From positions 275,156,001 through 275,220,000 of the forward strand of contig OZ024740.1 of the NCBI GenBank assembly GCA_964016885.1: a stretch of DNA of 64,000 nucleotides, in the 5' to 3' direction. Position 1 is the stretch's first letter. Each line of letters starts with the position of its first letter. Below are positions 51,363 to 64,000 of this stretch, piece by piece. Made by a program: the position numbers and the translations under genes. Below the pieces are notes generated by a model. The model was not told the DNA's origin. It saw nothing but the letters and a program-made list of their open reading frames with translations, and ran no database searches. The stretch comes from Eledone cirrhosa. Taxonomy: Eukaryota.

Positions 51363-52019
51363 TTAATTATCACTATAATCATAATAATACGCATATTATA
51401 GTTTACCCCACTTATTGAAATGTAATTAAGTAATTCATAATTGCATAATTAGTGAGTGTATATGCCATAGCAGTGTAATTAGCATGTATATATTTGCTGT
51501 AGACATAAGTCTTGTATAACCATCAAGATGGCAGCCCATCTAGGAGAGTCGTAACTCTAAATAAATTGAGCTGTATGAAATACACTTGGACTATGTAAGC
51601 AACCTATCTACGAAGGCGGCTATTCAGAATTTAATAAAAGAAAAACTGATACAGGGTGGAGATGACTCTTAAATCCAAACAGTGAAACTTTCTAAGGCTA
51701 GAGGCCCAACAAAATGCTTTCCTGCTGTAAGGTGGTTAAAGTTTAGAAAGCCATCCAATCAGAAAAGATCTTATGAAAAGCATAACTGACAATATATACA
51801 TTAATTACACATACAGGACTAAGATTAATCATCTTAATGCTGCACGCAGTAGTGGGATGGCTTATCTAGCCATGTGTTAGAACCCCTTGATCATCATCAA
51901 GCAATCATATATTTACATTTCTTTTTAAGTACAAAAAGCTGCAACCAAAAGATGACACAATCATCACTCTCAGGTAACATATCTCAAGTAACATATTCTC
52001 AGGTAACATATCTCCACTC

Positions 52020-52870
52020 TTAATGTTTGTACGCTGAAAGGAAGATGGGGGATGAGTGACTCAGCAAGCGTCATCCCCAAAAATTAGTATAGATTTAAGA
52101 CATTCTTGGTCAAAAATGATTATGGATTAAATGGAGTAGGTATTTTACTAGATGAGAAATAGACTGATTAGGTAATTGAGGTAATGACAGAATTATCAAT
52201 CTCAGAATAGTCATAGGCAATAGAATGACAACCGTTATACATGTGCGGCTTAGTACTAAGAGAATTTGATTCACAATCATGAGGTTGTAAGTTCAATTTT
52301 TGGACCAAGGTCCTTGAGCAAGACCCTTCATTTCATGTTGCTCCTTCTGCCTGGAGTTATAACCAGTAGGTAGTATCAACAATGGAAAACCAAGAGAAAC
52401 ATTGTTTCCTTGGTCCAATTTGATGAGCTCCACCCAACTCAGTAAGTGAGTGGGGCCTGGGATCTTGGACCATTCCTAGTTTGTTGCTATATACATACAT
52501 CCCAATCAGGACTAAGTAAAGAGTAAAAAATGTATCACCCTAGCTGATGAATTCAATAGTGTGCCTGCTGGTTTTTAAAATGGCATGAGAAATGAAGTTT
52601 CCTATAATTCTTTAATGCAAATGATTTAATTATTTGCAGCACTTCGGAAAACTGACCAGTCACTTGAATCAGGCAAAATTGAAGTCAGATCAACTTTTTG
52701 CTTATTAGAAAATAGGATGGAGACATTTGTATGAATGCTAAGTCCCTTCTGGGAGATGAATGTACAACCCTACATAAGTTAGTTTTTAAGTTACATCAGA
52801 ATTAGAACCAGATGAAACCAGAAACAGAAGATAATCTGGAGGAGTGTATGGAAACTTAAAGGCTGAAAGG
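52020..52870 (+). pseudogene. Highly decayed RTE APE region with a nested family-C SINE
   Basis: Residual similarity to 38002-38780 (TFLVKNDYGLNGVGILLDEK*TD*VIEV..DRII, CATACATCCCAATCAGGACT, AAGTCCCTT..GATGAATGTACAACC). Confidence 0.6.
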
Positions 52871-55101
52871 ACTTCAGTTGTGTCAGAGACATTACAAAAT
52901 CCCTAGTGCTGGTGCTGCAAAAATATACTTATTAAATAATGGCTTATTTTGTGATGACCTATCCAACAAACTCTTGTTAGCAGGGAGAATGGATGTAAAA
53001 TGCTGATAATAATGCTTTTATATTAGATATCTATACTGCAATAGTTTTGTATATATATGTTCCTGGCTACATAGTTGACCTTTCACAGAAGTTCTAGTAC
53101 TTAAACTAGGTTTTGAGACTTTTAAAACATAACTGGATGCTTTATTTTCTAATATCCTAGAGCAATCATCTGCAATGCATTATATCCCGCTTCTGTAAAA
53201 TCCTTTTATATACCAACAATCTATGCTAACCAAGAAAATCATTGGATTCCAGAATATACAGCAGAAACAAAATAAAACACATAGAAGACTGTGCACCAGA
53301 ATGGCCTTATCTATGATGGTTAAAATGAACAAAAGATCTATATTTATTAGATACATATTTTGGTGATCATGTAAACATATATCCTGGCATACATATATTA
53401 AACGATAAGAAAACACGCATATACATTGCAAATATGCATTATGTTACATGAATGTAAATGATGAAAATTCCTTCCGCCTAGAAGCAGTAATTGTTTCCTC
53501 TCATCCAAGCAAATTTCAGAATGAGCTTCAAAATGAAATTACATCTACCGTCTACTTCATTCACTAACCATTACTTTAATCTCAATTTAATTCATTGCCG
53601 AAAATACATACATCAATGTAATGTTTATATTCATGATTTTCTTGTTATTCTTTTACCTGTTTATTTTAATTTTTACTTCATTGGGGTGAGGAGTGCCTGC
53701 CTTTATCATTCTCTCTTTTTATTTTTATTGCTTTGACTTTTTCTCCACACATCTTTTTTATATTTGCTTCAATAAATTTATTTTTTTTATATTTTGTTGT
53801 AGGTTTTCTGTTTTCTTTTTCATTCCTATTTATGTTTTCCTTGTTTACTTTATAAGATTTGCTTTTCATTTTTACACTTTTTTCTCAATAATGTTTCTTC
53901 TCTATACTCTTTTTATGTATTTCAGCTATTTTCTTGTTTCTTTTAAACTATTACTATACTGTCTATACAAGATTTTTTTCTTTAAATGATCTCTTGAATA
54001 CTTTTCTTTACTTTTCTCTATAATTTTCATGGGTGCTATTTCTTGTTTACTCATCTCTCTGTTCCTACATTTTCTTATGTCATTCCATTATTTATTTTTA
54101 TGATTCCATATACTTTTCTATACTTCTTTATTCAGTTTTGTCTTAATTTCTGCTGATATGAGAAATTATCATTGTATATGGATTGTTAGAGTCACAGTGG
54201 TTTGGTCATTGCACACTCTCTTCTTCTTCATGTGCCTGTCATATTTGATAACTTTCTTGGAATTTCATAGTAAAACCTTTATTCAAACTAAGCTTTACAG
54301 TCAGGTTATAGCAATATATATCATTTTCTCCCTCACCATCTTCGGGGGAAACACCTTCTCTATTCTCTCCATCAGGACAGCAGGGCAGCCAGCGCATGGG
54401 TCCCTGTTTGCTTATAATAGTGAGAGATAGGGAAAGTGAAAGAGCCGGAGGTAGTGACAAAGGGAATTTGATTTCATTATGTTCAGACTTAATAAATATG
54501 TATACATCATCTACACATTTAATTTAAATTTTTTACATTCCCAACCCCTAAATGTTAACATAGAGTTTAGGTGTCAACATATAATACCCTATTCCTAGAT
54601 AAAAAAAAAAAAATTCTTTTTATTTTAAATTATTGCAGTATTTTAGATGTTAAAATTGCTTAGCCATTGGGTCATCATTGTTTGATAATCACAAGAACAA
54701 AACCTTTAAACAAGTTTCCATTTCAAAATGCTACTGATAGCACATGGCACTCATTTCTGGTGTTGATTGAGAATCTTTTTGATATATCAATCTACACTGA
54801 TATAATCTAATTTTTCCTCTGCTTCTATGCTTCTCTTCAGCTTCTCACCTGGATGACATAGGTTTGTATTAAAATAAAGAAACTGGGACATATAAAAAGT
54901 ACTTTTATGCTAGTTATGAACTAAGAAAACCAAATAGTATAGTTTATAGAGGATACTTTGACATTATATGTCCTATTACTAGATTGGAAATAAAAGTTAA
55001 AGGCTAAGAGCCAAAGGGTTCTCTGAATCGAAAAGTTTAAAAATTAATAAAAAATTCAGTGCACGTGTGTGTGTGGGGTGGGGGGAGACTAATGAGGGTG
55101 A

Positions 55102-55625
55102 TTACATATTTAGTTTTGGTTTAATTTTATTAATAAATAGTTTTTCCTTATTTATTCTTTGTTGTTGAGTGAAAGAATCGAAGCACTTGTAAAGGGGGAA
55201 TATATTTAAGTTTGAGAGAGTCATTCCTGCACAATCTGCAATGTGGATGCTTAAGGGGATTTTCCTTGGGTTTATGTCTCGGATTTGTTGGTGATGGATG
55301 GTCATTCTTTTGCGTAATGACACCCCCATCTGTCCTATATAGTTAGGTTGACAACCATCACATGTGATTACATAGATTAGGTTCTCCGTGTTGTAAGTGA
55401 AGTTGTTTTTCACTGTGAAAGTTTGGCCATCTTTGAACGTGAATTTTTGCCCTTCAATTATATATAGGCATGTTCCACTGTTTGTTCTTACGCATTTTGT
55501 CACCATAAAGTTGGAGATAGGTTTGTGTGTCTTTGTTCCTGTGAGGATGTGTTTTAGTGATTCTGGTTGCCTTTTGCTTTTGATGATCTTGTGTGTTTCT
55601 AGAATTTTTTTCATAGGAAATAACA
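55102..55625 (-). pseudogene. Penelope-like GIY-YIG endonuclease fragment, same family as the 33.5-36.7 kb element
   Basis: IIKSKRQPESLKHIL...KCVRTNSGTC...NLIYVITCDGCQPNYIGQMG.SLRKRMTIH...RINKEKLFINKIKPKLN. Confidence 0.88.
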
Positions 55626-55737
55626 CACACGCAATTTTTATAAACACAAACATTTATGTACACACACATTTATGTACACACACAAACATTTATGTACACA
55701 CACAAACACATAAACATACATATATATATCTATATAT

Positions 55738-55912
55738 ATATTTAATATAGAAATGGCTTCTACAGGACTATAACTGTTTTATTCAAATGAAACAGCTCTA
55801 GTCCTGTAGAAGCCATTTCTATATTAAATATTTAAACTCTACTATGTATTGAGTACCTTAATTACTGTGGTTACCCCCGATTGACCCAGGATAAACTTAT
55901 ATATGACCACTA
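55738..55912. repeat. Short inverted solo-pLTR-like hairpin (55738-55831) with a one-sided extension
   Basis: TATTTAATATAGAAATGGCTTCTACAGGACTA...TAGTCCTGTAGAAGCCATTTCTATATTAAATA; next to (TA)n. Confidence 0.8.
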
Positions 55913-55983
55913 CTTATATAAAAGGACATTGGCAACAATTAATAAAGTTTATAGTTCCATTGATATTATTTATTTTGAGAACG

Positions 55984-56172
55984 GGCGGTGGATTGGCAGT
56001 ATCAGTAGAGGTTCGGACGCCATGCTTTGACACATAGAGTTACAGCCCTTGCCGTTCTGAGTTCAAATCCCGCTAAGGTTAACTTTACCTTTCATCCTTA
56101 CGGGGTCGATAAAGTAAAGTACCAGTAATGTACTGGGTAATTTTTGGCCTTGTGCCAATAGTAGAAACAATT
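55984..56172 (+). mobile_element. SINE family A with ~14-bp TSD
   Basis: TSD TTTATTTTGAGAAC on both sides. Confidence 0.9.
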
Positions 56173-56789
56173 ATTTATTTTGAGAACAATACCTTAGCAT
56201 AAATAAGAACAGCCAGTTACAGTCGGTTTGAAAAGAAAGAGATGAGAGAATTCTGACCATATATGGCCTTTTTAAATGCTAAAGGGTTAAACCTTTGTGA
56301 ATATATAAGTTATGAATAATAATTTCCTAAATATATATATCCATGCCACGCAGTATGCTATAACATCAGAAGTAACAGGAATAACAAATGTCACTAATGA
56401 GCACTATATTCTGAATAACTTATTAAGAAAGTCTTGAAATTTTGATGAACATAAGAACTTTTGTGTTTCAAATTAAATATATGGTTATGAAGGAAATATA
56501 AAAAATTCTCAATAAAAATGATAGAACTGGAAGTCACACACACACAGATATGTATGCATTTATATATATGTGTGTGTGTGTATGTGTGTTTTTTGTGTTG
56601 GTAATAGTATTAAATCCATAGCATAGTTTCATTTGAGATGATTGTTGATGTTAAAGAGACAAAAAAATCTGTTTCTTCCTTGCTTAGACTTTGATAAATT
56701 CATCAGGCAAGAAGGCACTGTTTTCTTTTATATATTCCTTCATATTTTCTCTTTCATATATAGTAGCTCCTTAGATATATAACATTCTC

Positions 56790-57295
56790 AAAATCATCAT
56801 TGCCATTTTTCCACGCTTCTGTAGGTTTTGACTGGTCCTTCTCAGCTTGGTATCTCTCCACTCATTATGATCTTTGTTATTTTCTTTGTGAGTCACAGTG
56901 ATTTGGGGTCACCCCTCACAACCTCTTCCCAAGTCTTCCTCCGTCTACCTATACTGTGGCTTCCTTCTACAGAGATTTCCTGGCATTTTTTCACCCACCG
57001 ATCATTGTCCATGTGCATCACATGTCCATGCCAATGCAGTTTTTTCTCCTGCACACCACCTCAGATTCCTCAAACCCAGCTTCTCCCTCAGCTTATCCAA
57101 GTTCTGCCTTTCTCTCATACTTACATTGCACATCCAACAAAGCCTGATTGCTTCATTCCTATCCAGTCTATGCATGTCTTTTGCAGTCACACCATGTTTC
57201 ACTACTATGCCGTATTACACTTTGCACGCAAGCCTCATACAGTCGTCCTTTTGTATGTAGAGAGGAATCTTTTGTGGTCAACAGTGGGAGTTGCT
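56790..57295 (-). pseudogene. Decayed RTE 3' end
   Basis: DMHRLDRNEAIRLCWMCNVSMRERQNLDKLREKLG. Confidence 0.85.
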
Positions 57296-57791
57296 CTCTA
57301 ATAAAATATTATTGTTATGTTGTCAATGATATTGTTATTTTATGTTTTTCATTGTACAACTGCAATATTTATGATAAGGCTGTTTATTTAATTTCAACAT
57401 AATCCTTTTTTATTTTTTTGTAATGTCTATATTCATGCTTAAAAATAATTAGAAGAGGTATATATTTGTTTTGTTATTGAAGCTACTAGTACCATGGATG
57501 TGGTGAACAATTTTCCATGTTACAATGTGGGAGGTAATCTTGTCATGTTGGTAAATATTGTAAATGGCTAATGACAGATATACATACATTGAAATAAAAC
57601 AATGCCAAGACAAATCTTTTTCCACCCCAAGGAAAGAAGGTGAATTTTTAATTAATCCATAAGCTTTTGTCAATATTATACACTAAGAACAGGAAACAAA
57701 ACACCTACAATAAATGTGTAGTATAAATTATTTTTCTGAAGCTTTGTAAAACACAACTATTTGGGACAAGTAGTAGTAATGGCCGTGGTGA

Positions 57792-57794
<3 letters not shown>

Positions 57795-57848
<54 letters not shown>

Positions 57849-57850
57849 TG
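57795..57850. repeat. (TAG)n microsatellite
   Basis: Direct inspection. Confidence 0.95.
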
Positions 57851-58959
57851 ATGGTATTTACTCATTAGCCACAAAATCTGAAGAGGAAAGTACAGAAATG
57901 AAATACAAAATTGAATAACAGTGTGGGATTTATGTGAAGTAGCATAGTGAATAAATACATTAATAGAGAACTTCTTACAGTAGTAATAAGGAGAGTAGAT
58001 TGACAGAATTGTTAGAGTCAGATGGTATTTTTGAGGTATTTAATCTAGCTCAGGGTATTCTGAATTCAAATCTTACCTCCTTCTGCCAGACATTGAAACT
58101 TACAGATTTTACCAACAATGGAAACCAGTGTTTTTTTTTTTCTTGTCCAATGTAACGATTATCTTGTTTTAACAACAAAACAATAGTTTGAAAGAATCAC
58201 CAAAAGTATATAAACCCTTTTATCTGAAGATTGCACCGCCACCCACTCCTACACTAATATGTCATCTGCTTCATGGTCCCAACCAACAAGATGGATAAGA
58301 TATTGCCCTGGAGGATGGAGAGAGTGATGCAATGGGACAGCCATTCTATTTACGGGCAGCCAACTCTGCTCTGACAGCAGTGAGCTGGATGTGGTCCAGG
58401 AGCCAAAAATGCTGGAAATCTCCACTTCTACAGGCTCAACCACATACCTATCAGAGAGTGGCCATTGAAACCATGAGGAGATTTGAAGTTCCCCAGATTT
58501 CACTCAGGTTACTTTGACATGTCACACCAAATGCAACTCCATTTTTCCAGTTCTTGCTGTCAACCTACATCTTCATACATAAAATATGTCCATTTAAACA
58601 TGCTAGTTTTGCCAATCTCCCCAACTTATTAAACGATTTATTGGATGGCCACTACTTAAGCTCTATTCCCCCTTTCCTCATCAAGTGGTACTTGACTAGG
58701 CTGTAAAATAATAAGAAATACCTATTGACTGAAAAAATAACATTAAGCATCAGCAGTGGGTCCTGAGAGTACAAGATGCTAGGAAAAGAATGTCTTTGTT
58801 TTCATCTCTTCTGGTTCCAATAAGAGACACACTGACATCACATGTTCCCCACTTAACACTGCCTGCCTTTGTTTATACATCGAATCCCCACCACCCCATA
58901 CAAAAAACATACACTCAGCTGATACATTAAATTACCCCTCAATATACATTCATAAGTAA

Positions 58960-60270
<1,311 letters not shown>

Positions 60271-60780
60271 CAGACACACAACTACCATGCTTACATACAT
60301 ACACACATATTTATGTGTCTCAGTGAGAGTTGATACAAATACGACCCTTTTATAAAGATATATATAAATATATACATAAACAAACACACACATACTGAGA
60401 CATTTTTTGTGTTTGATTAACAACTAATCCCATGAGCTAGTAATATATTTTTAATGTATAACTACACATCTGCCTTTCATACTATTGTCAATGGTATTAT
60501 TAATGTTATATGAACATTAAGACTCCTACATACATATAGTCACATATTCACATACTTGTATTCCCATAAAAATGCATGTCTATGTGCAAACACATATGCC
60601 TGCATGTATATATATATATATATATACACATATATTAATTTGACATATGTATGCTTGTATATACATCATGTATAGATACACACACATACCCCCCCCCCCC
60701 CATATATATATATATATTCTGAATCAGTTATAAACATTTATTTGTTGTATTTCCAACAAATTAAATATCCCTTCTACTTA

Positions 60781-62327
60781 TATCATCACCGTTTTAAGTC
60801 CGTTCTTCCACGCTAGCATGGGTTAGATGGGTCGTCCTGTTGTGAGCAGTGTTCGGTCGGCTGACCATGCCTTGCTCATACAGGAACTGATTTGGCTTGA
60901 TTTCTACAGCTGGATGCCCTTCCTAACACCAACCTCATTTACAGTGAGTGCTGGGTGCTTTTTTGTGGCGCCTACACGTCCCCTTTACAGTGTGGGCTGG
61001 GTGCTTTTTTGCCGTGGTACCTCCACGACCACCTTGCAGTGGGGGGTGTGGGGGCATATTGTCTATATGCTTCAGCTTGTACCCAGGGGGGGTCGGGTAC
61101 TCTGTATTACTGCGTGACGCTAGAGGTCACGGTCGTGTGTCATCGCCTTTGAGAGGTGTAATTGGGTAAGGTCGGCTTTTATCACCTCATCCCAGGTCAT
61201 CTTGGGTCTCCCCACTCCGCGGTTTCCATCGACTTCTAGTGCTCTGCACCTTTTTATGCAGCTGTCATCCTTCATACGCATCACATGTCCATACCAATGC
61301 AACTGCCTCTCCTGCACACAGCATTTGACTCCTCTTATGCTCAGTCTCTCTCTCAATTCATTTATGCTTTGTCGTTCGTGTATATTACTATTACACATCC
61401 ATCGGAGCATGCAGGCTTCGTTTCTCTCTAATCTACGTAAGTCTTCCACCTTCAGCGCCCAGGTCTCACTACCGTGCAACATCGCTGTTCGGATACACGC
61501 ATCATACAGTCTGCCTTTCATTTTGAGGGAGAAGCCTTTTGCAGCTAGCAATGGTAGTAGTTCCCTAAACTTCTTCCATCCCGTTCTTACCCTAGTTATT
61601 GTACTTTCTGAACACCCACCTCCGCTGCTAATTCGGTAACCTAGGTAGCAGAAGCTGTCTATGTTTCTACAGAGCCCTCCCAGAGATTGGTGGTACTTGT
61701 TTCCTGTGGCTGTTTGCTGCTTGCTGTCCCAGCACAGCTGCTGCATGTGAAGCCTACATTCTTAATTAAGCTTCCTGAGATCCTGCTACATCTCTTGTGT
61801 ACCCATTGTTTGCATTTGGGGCAGAGAATGGAGTTCCTACCTACACCTTTCCTACATAGTGAGCAAGGCCATTTCCCTGAGGGGATCTGGGTTCTGTTTT
61901 CTCGTCTACTTACAAGGACCTTAGTCTTTGTCATGTTGACTTTGAGACCCTTTCTTTCTAGTCCCTGCTTCCAACTTTGGAATTTATTCTCTAGTTCTAC
62001 CATAGATTCAGCTATGAGTGCGAGGTCATCAGCATACAGGAGTTCCCATGGGCATCCGGTCTTAAACTCCTCCATTATTGCCTGCAGGACTATGATGAAC
62101 AGGAGGGGGCTAAGAACAGAGCCCTGTTGGACCCCAACCTGTACGCTAAATTCCTCGCTATACTCATTGCTAATCCTAACTTTGCTGACTGCTCCCCTAT
62201 ACATGGCTTGTACCGCTTTCACAAGTCATTCATCTACTCCTAGTTTTCTAAGAGCCCACCAGATTACAGCACGTGGAACTCTGTCAAAGGCTTTCTCAAG
62301 ATCGACAAATGCCAGGTAGAGTGGCTT
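60781..62327 (-). pseudogene. 5'-truncated RTE LINE (sister subfamily) with intact YADD, frameshift near 61660-61690
   Basis: GVQQGSVLSPLLFIIVLQAIMEEFKTGCPWELLYADDL; WPCSLCRKGVGRNSILCPKCKQWVHKRC; SFCYLG; RLYDACIRTAMLHGSETW; 3' UTR and (GAT)n tail. Confidence 0.94.
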
Positions 62328-62344
62328 ATATAAATATATATATA

Positions 62345-62771
62345 TATATATTGGTAAACGGAATAGAAAATGCTGACAAATTGTTCACAGTTGAAAAATG
62401 GTTTAATTAGGAATAAAAGAGTATTAGTAATTGTATGGGTTAGTATTCAGTTGTGGTTTTAAGTTTTTAAGTTTTTACCAGTTGTGCATTTCTAAATGCT
62501 TTTCAAAAATAATTTTGAGATAGAGTGTCCGTGTTGTAGAGCAAACAAAACGGACACTCTATCTCAAAATTATTTTTGAAAAGCATTTAGAAATGCACAA
62601 CTGGTAAAAACTTAAAAACTTAAAACCACAACTGAATACTAACCCATACAATTACTAATACTCTTTTATTCCTAATTAAACCATTTTTCAACTGTGAACA
62701 ATTTGTTAGCATTTTCTATTCCGTTTACCAATATATAATAACTTGTGTGTTACACCTCTATTCTTTTAACT
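62345..62771. mobile_element. Inverted solo pLTR pair of the 33.5-kb Penelope family (arms ~190 bp, 7-nt spacer, ~35-bp extension)
   Basis: 62345-62537 and 62545-62736 are reverse complements; sequence homologous to 33535-33745; extension ACTTGTGTGTTACACCTCTATT matches 33540-33565; flanked by (TA)n. Confidence 0.9.
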
Positions 62772-63469
62772 ATATATATATATATATATATATAAATCAT
62801 CACTTGAATATCTACTTTTCTTTGCTGACATGGGTTGGATGAAACTTATTTGAGGCAGTTTTTTCTATGTTAAGCCCATATTTTATTATCTTTTAGTATG
62901 GAATATAACACTGATGTTTGTGTAACTATGTAAGTCATATACACTGTTAGCTTACATATGCACTAATTCATGATGTAAAATTTATACCTATCTATATGCT
63001 TGCAAATGAAAATCCACTCTATGCTCTCTCATTCATCTATTATGCCTTTCCAAATTTTTTATATATTTTCCTATAATATTTTGAAATGTTTATATCTTTG
63101 TCCAGACATTTTTGAATATCATAGCTTCCAAAGATTTCAGGAAAAGGTGAAATTATAAATTCTGTACTTAAACTTATAATCTGTTCAAATATAAATATAT
63201 ATATATATATATATTTGAATGTACGTGGCTAAGTGGTTAAAGAATTCAATTTGCAATTGTGAGGTTGTGAGTTTGATTCCTGGAACAGGTGATGCATTAT
63301 ATCCTTGGGCAAGACACTTTATCTCACGTTGTTCCTTCTACTTGGATTTGTGACTGATAGATAGTATTAGCAATTGGAAAGACCAATGGAAACATTGTTT
63401 CCTCGGTCTGATTTGATGAAAGACGATCGACTATCAATAGTGGTCAGTTATGGCCACTTATCGGAATTG

Positions 63470-64000
63470 TTTCAGATTGCATGCTTTGTTTGACAGGGGT
63501 GTCTCCTCTCCTTATTTATCTACATACAAACTCTTAGGCCACTACTGCAGAAGCTGGAGATGTTGAAGTGCAACCTGTTCAAACTGGGACAGTTAAGAGC
63601 TGCATCAGTATATGCAGAGGAAGGCACCATGGTGGTCTTGAACACATCCATAATCATGGTGGTTGACATTATAGTGGTTGGCACCTTCCTAAAGGAAGAA
63701 ATCCTACGAGCAGAAATCCCAGAGAAATTGGTAGGTTTGCAGCTTGGCATCTGGAGGGACAATGGACAGATGGTCTGGTTAAGTATCTTGGGGTCTCATT
63801 TGGTCCCAGACATCCAGGTGGAAAGCAACTGGGTCAATATAATAAGTAGAGTCATCTGTCTCACCCAGAAATGGGCAAAGAGGAAGCTATCCCTGAAAGG
63901 TTGGGCAGAGGTGGTGAATATGTCTATCACCTCCATCCTATATTACTACCTGACTGCCATGCCTTGCCCCAGATCTTGTCTCACAAAACTGGAGCATTTG
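63470..64000 (+). pseudogene. Decayed L1/Tx1-like reverse transcriptase fragment (runs off window)
   Basis: V*QGCLLSLFIYIQTLRPLLQKLE...SVYAEEGT...WTDGLVKYLGVSFGP...WAKRKLSLKGWAEVVN...YYLT..PCP..LTKLE. Confidence 0.7.

Overview
AT-rich, repeat-saturated animal DNA with no multi-exon host gene I can establish. The SINE families and the abundance of (TA)n/(CA)n microsatellites suggest a coleoid cephalopod, probably Octopus; this is recognition from memory, not a database result. Main contents: (1) A near-full-length but inactivated RTE-clade LINE at ~36.7-41.4 kb (APE + RT + PHD-like zinc finger), plus many 5'-truncated or decayed RTE copies. (2) Two decayed Penelope-like elements (RT + C-terminal GIY-YIG) at 33.5-36.7 kb (-) and 45.3-49.6 kb (+); the second is flanked by ~750-bp inverted pseudo-LTRs that each carry a minimal hammerhead ribozyme. 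(3) Several small inverted solo-pLTR hairpins in (TA)n tracts, some with canonical or variant (U3:A8) hammerhead cores. (4) At least three tRNA-derived SINE families, two with 3' ends matching LINEs in this window (RTE, Tx1-like). (5) A ~3-kb non-autonomous hAT element with TIRs and an 8-bp TSD, and a piggyBac-like MITE. (6) A ~2.1-kb array of a 43-bp minisatellite. Most ORFs in the track (YI/YM repeats, antisense ORFs) are artefacts. The most interesting signal is a coherent microsatellite-targeting system of Penelope-like elements, hammerhead motifs and fold-backs.
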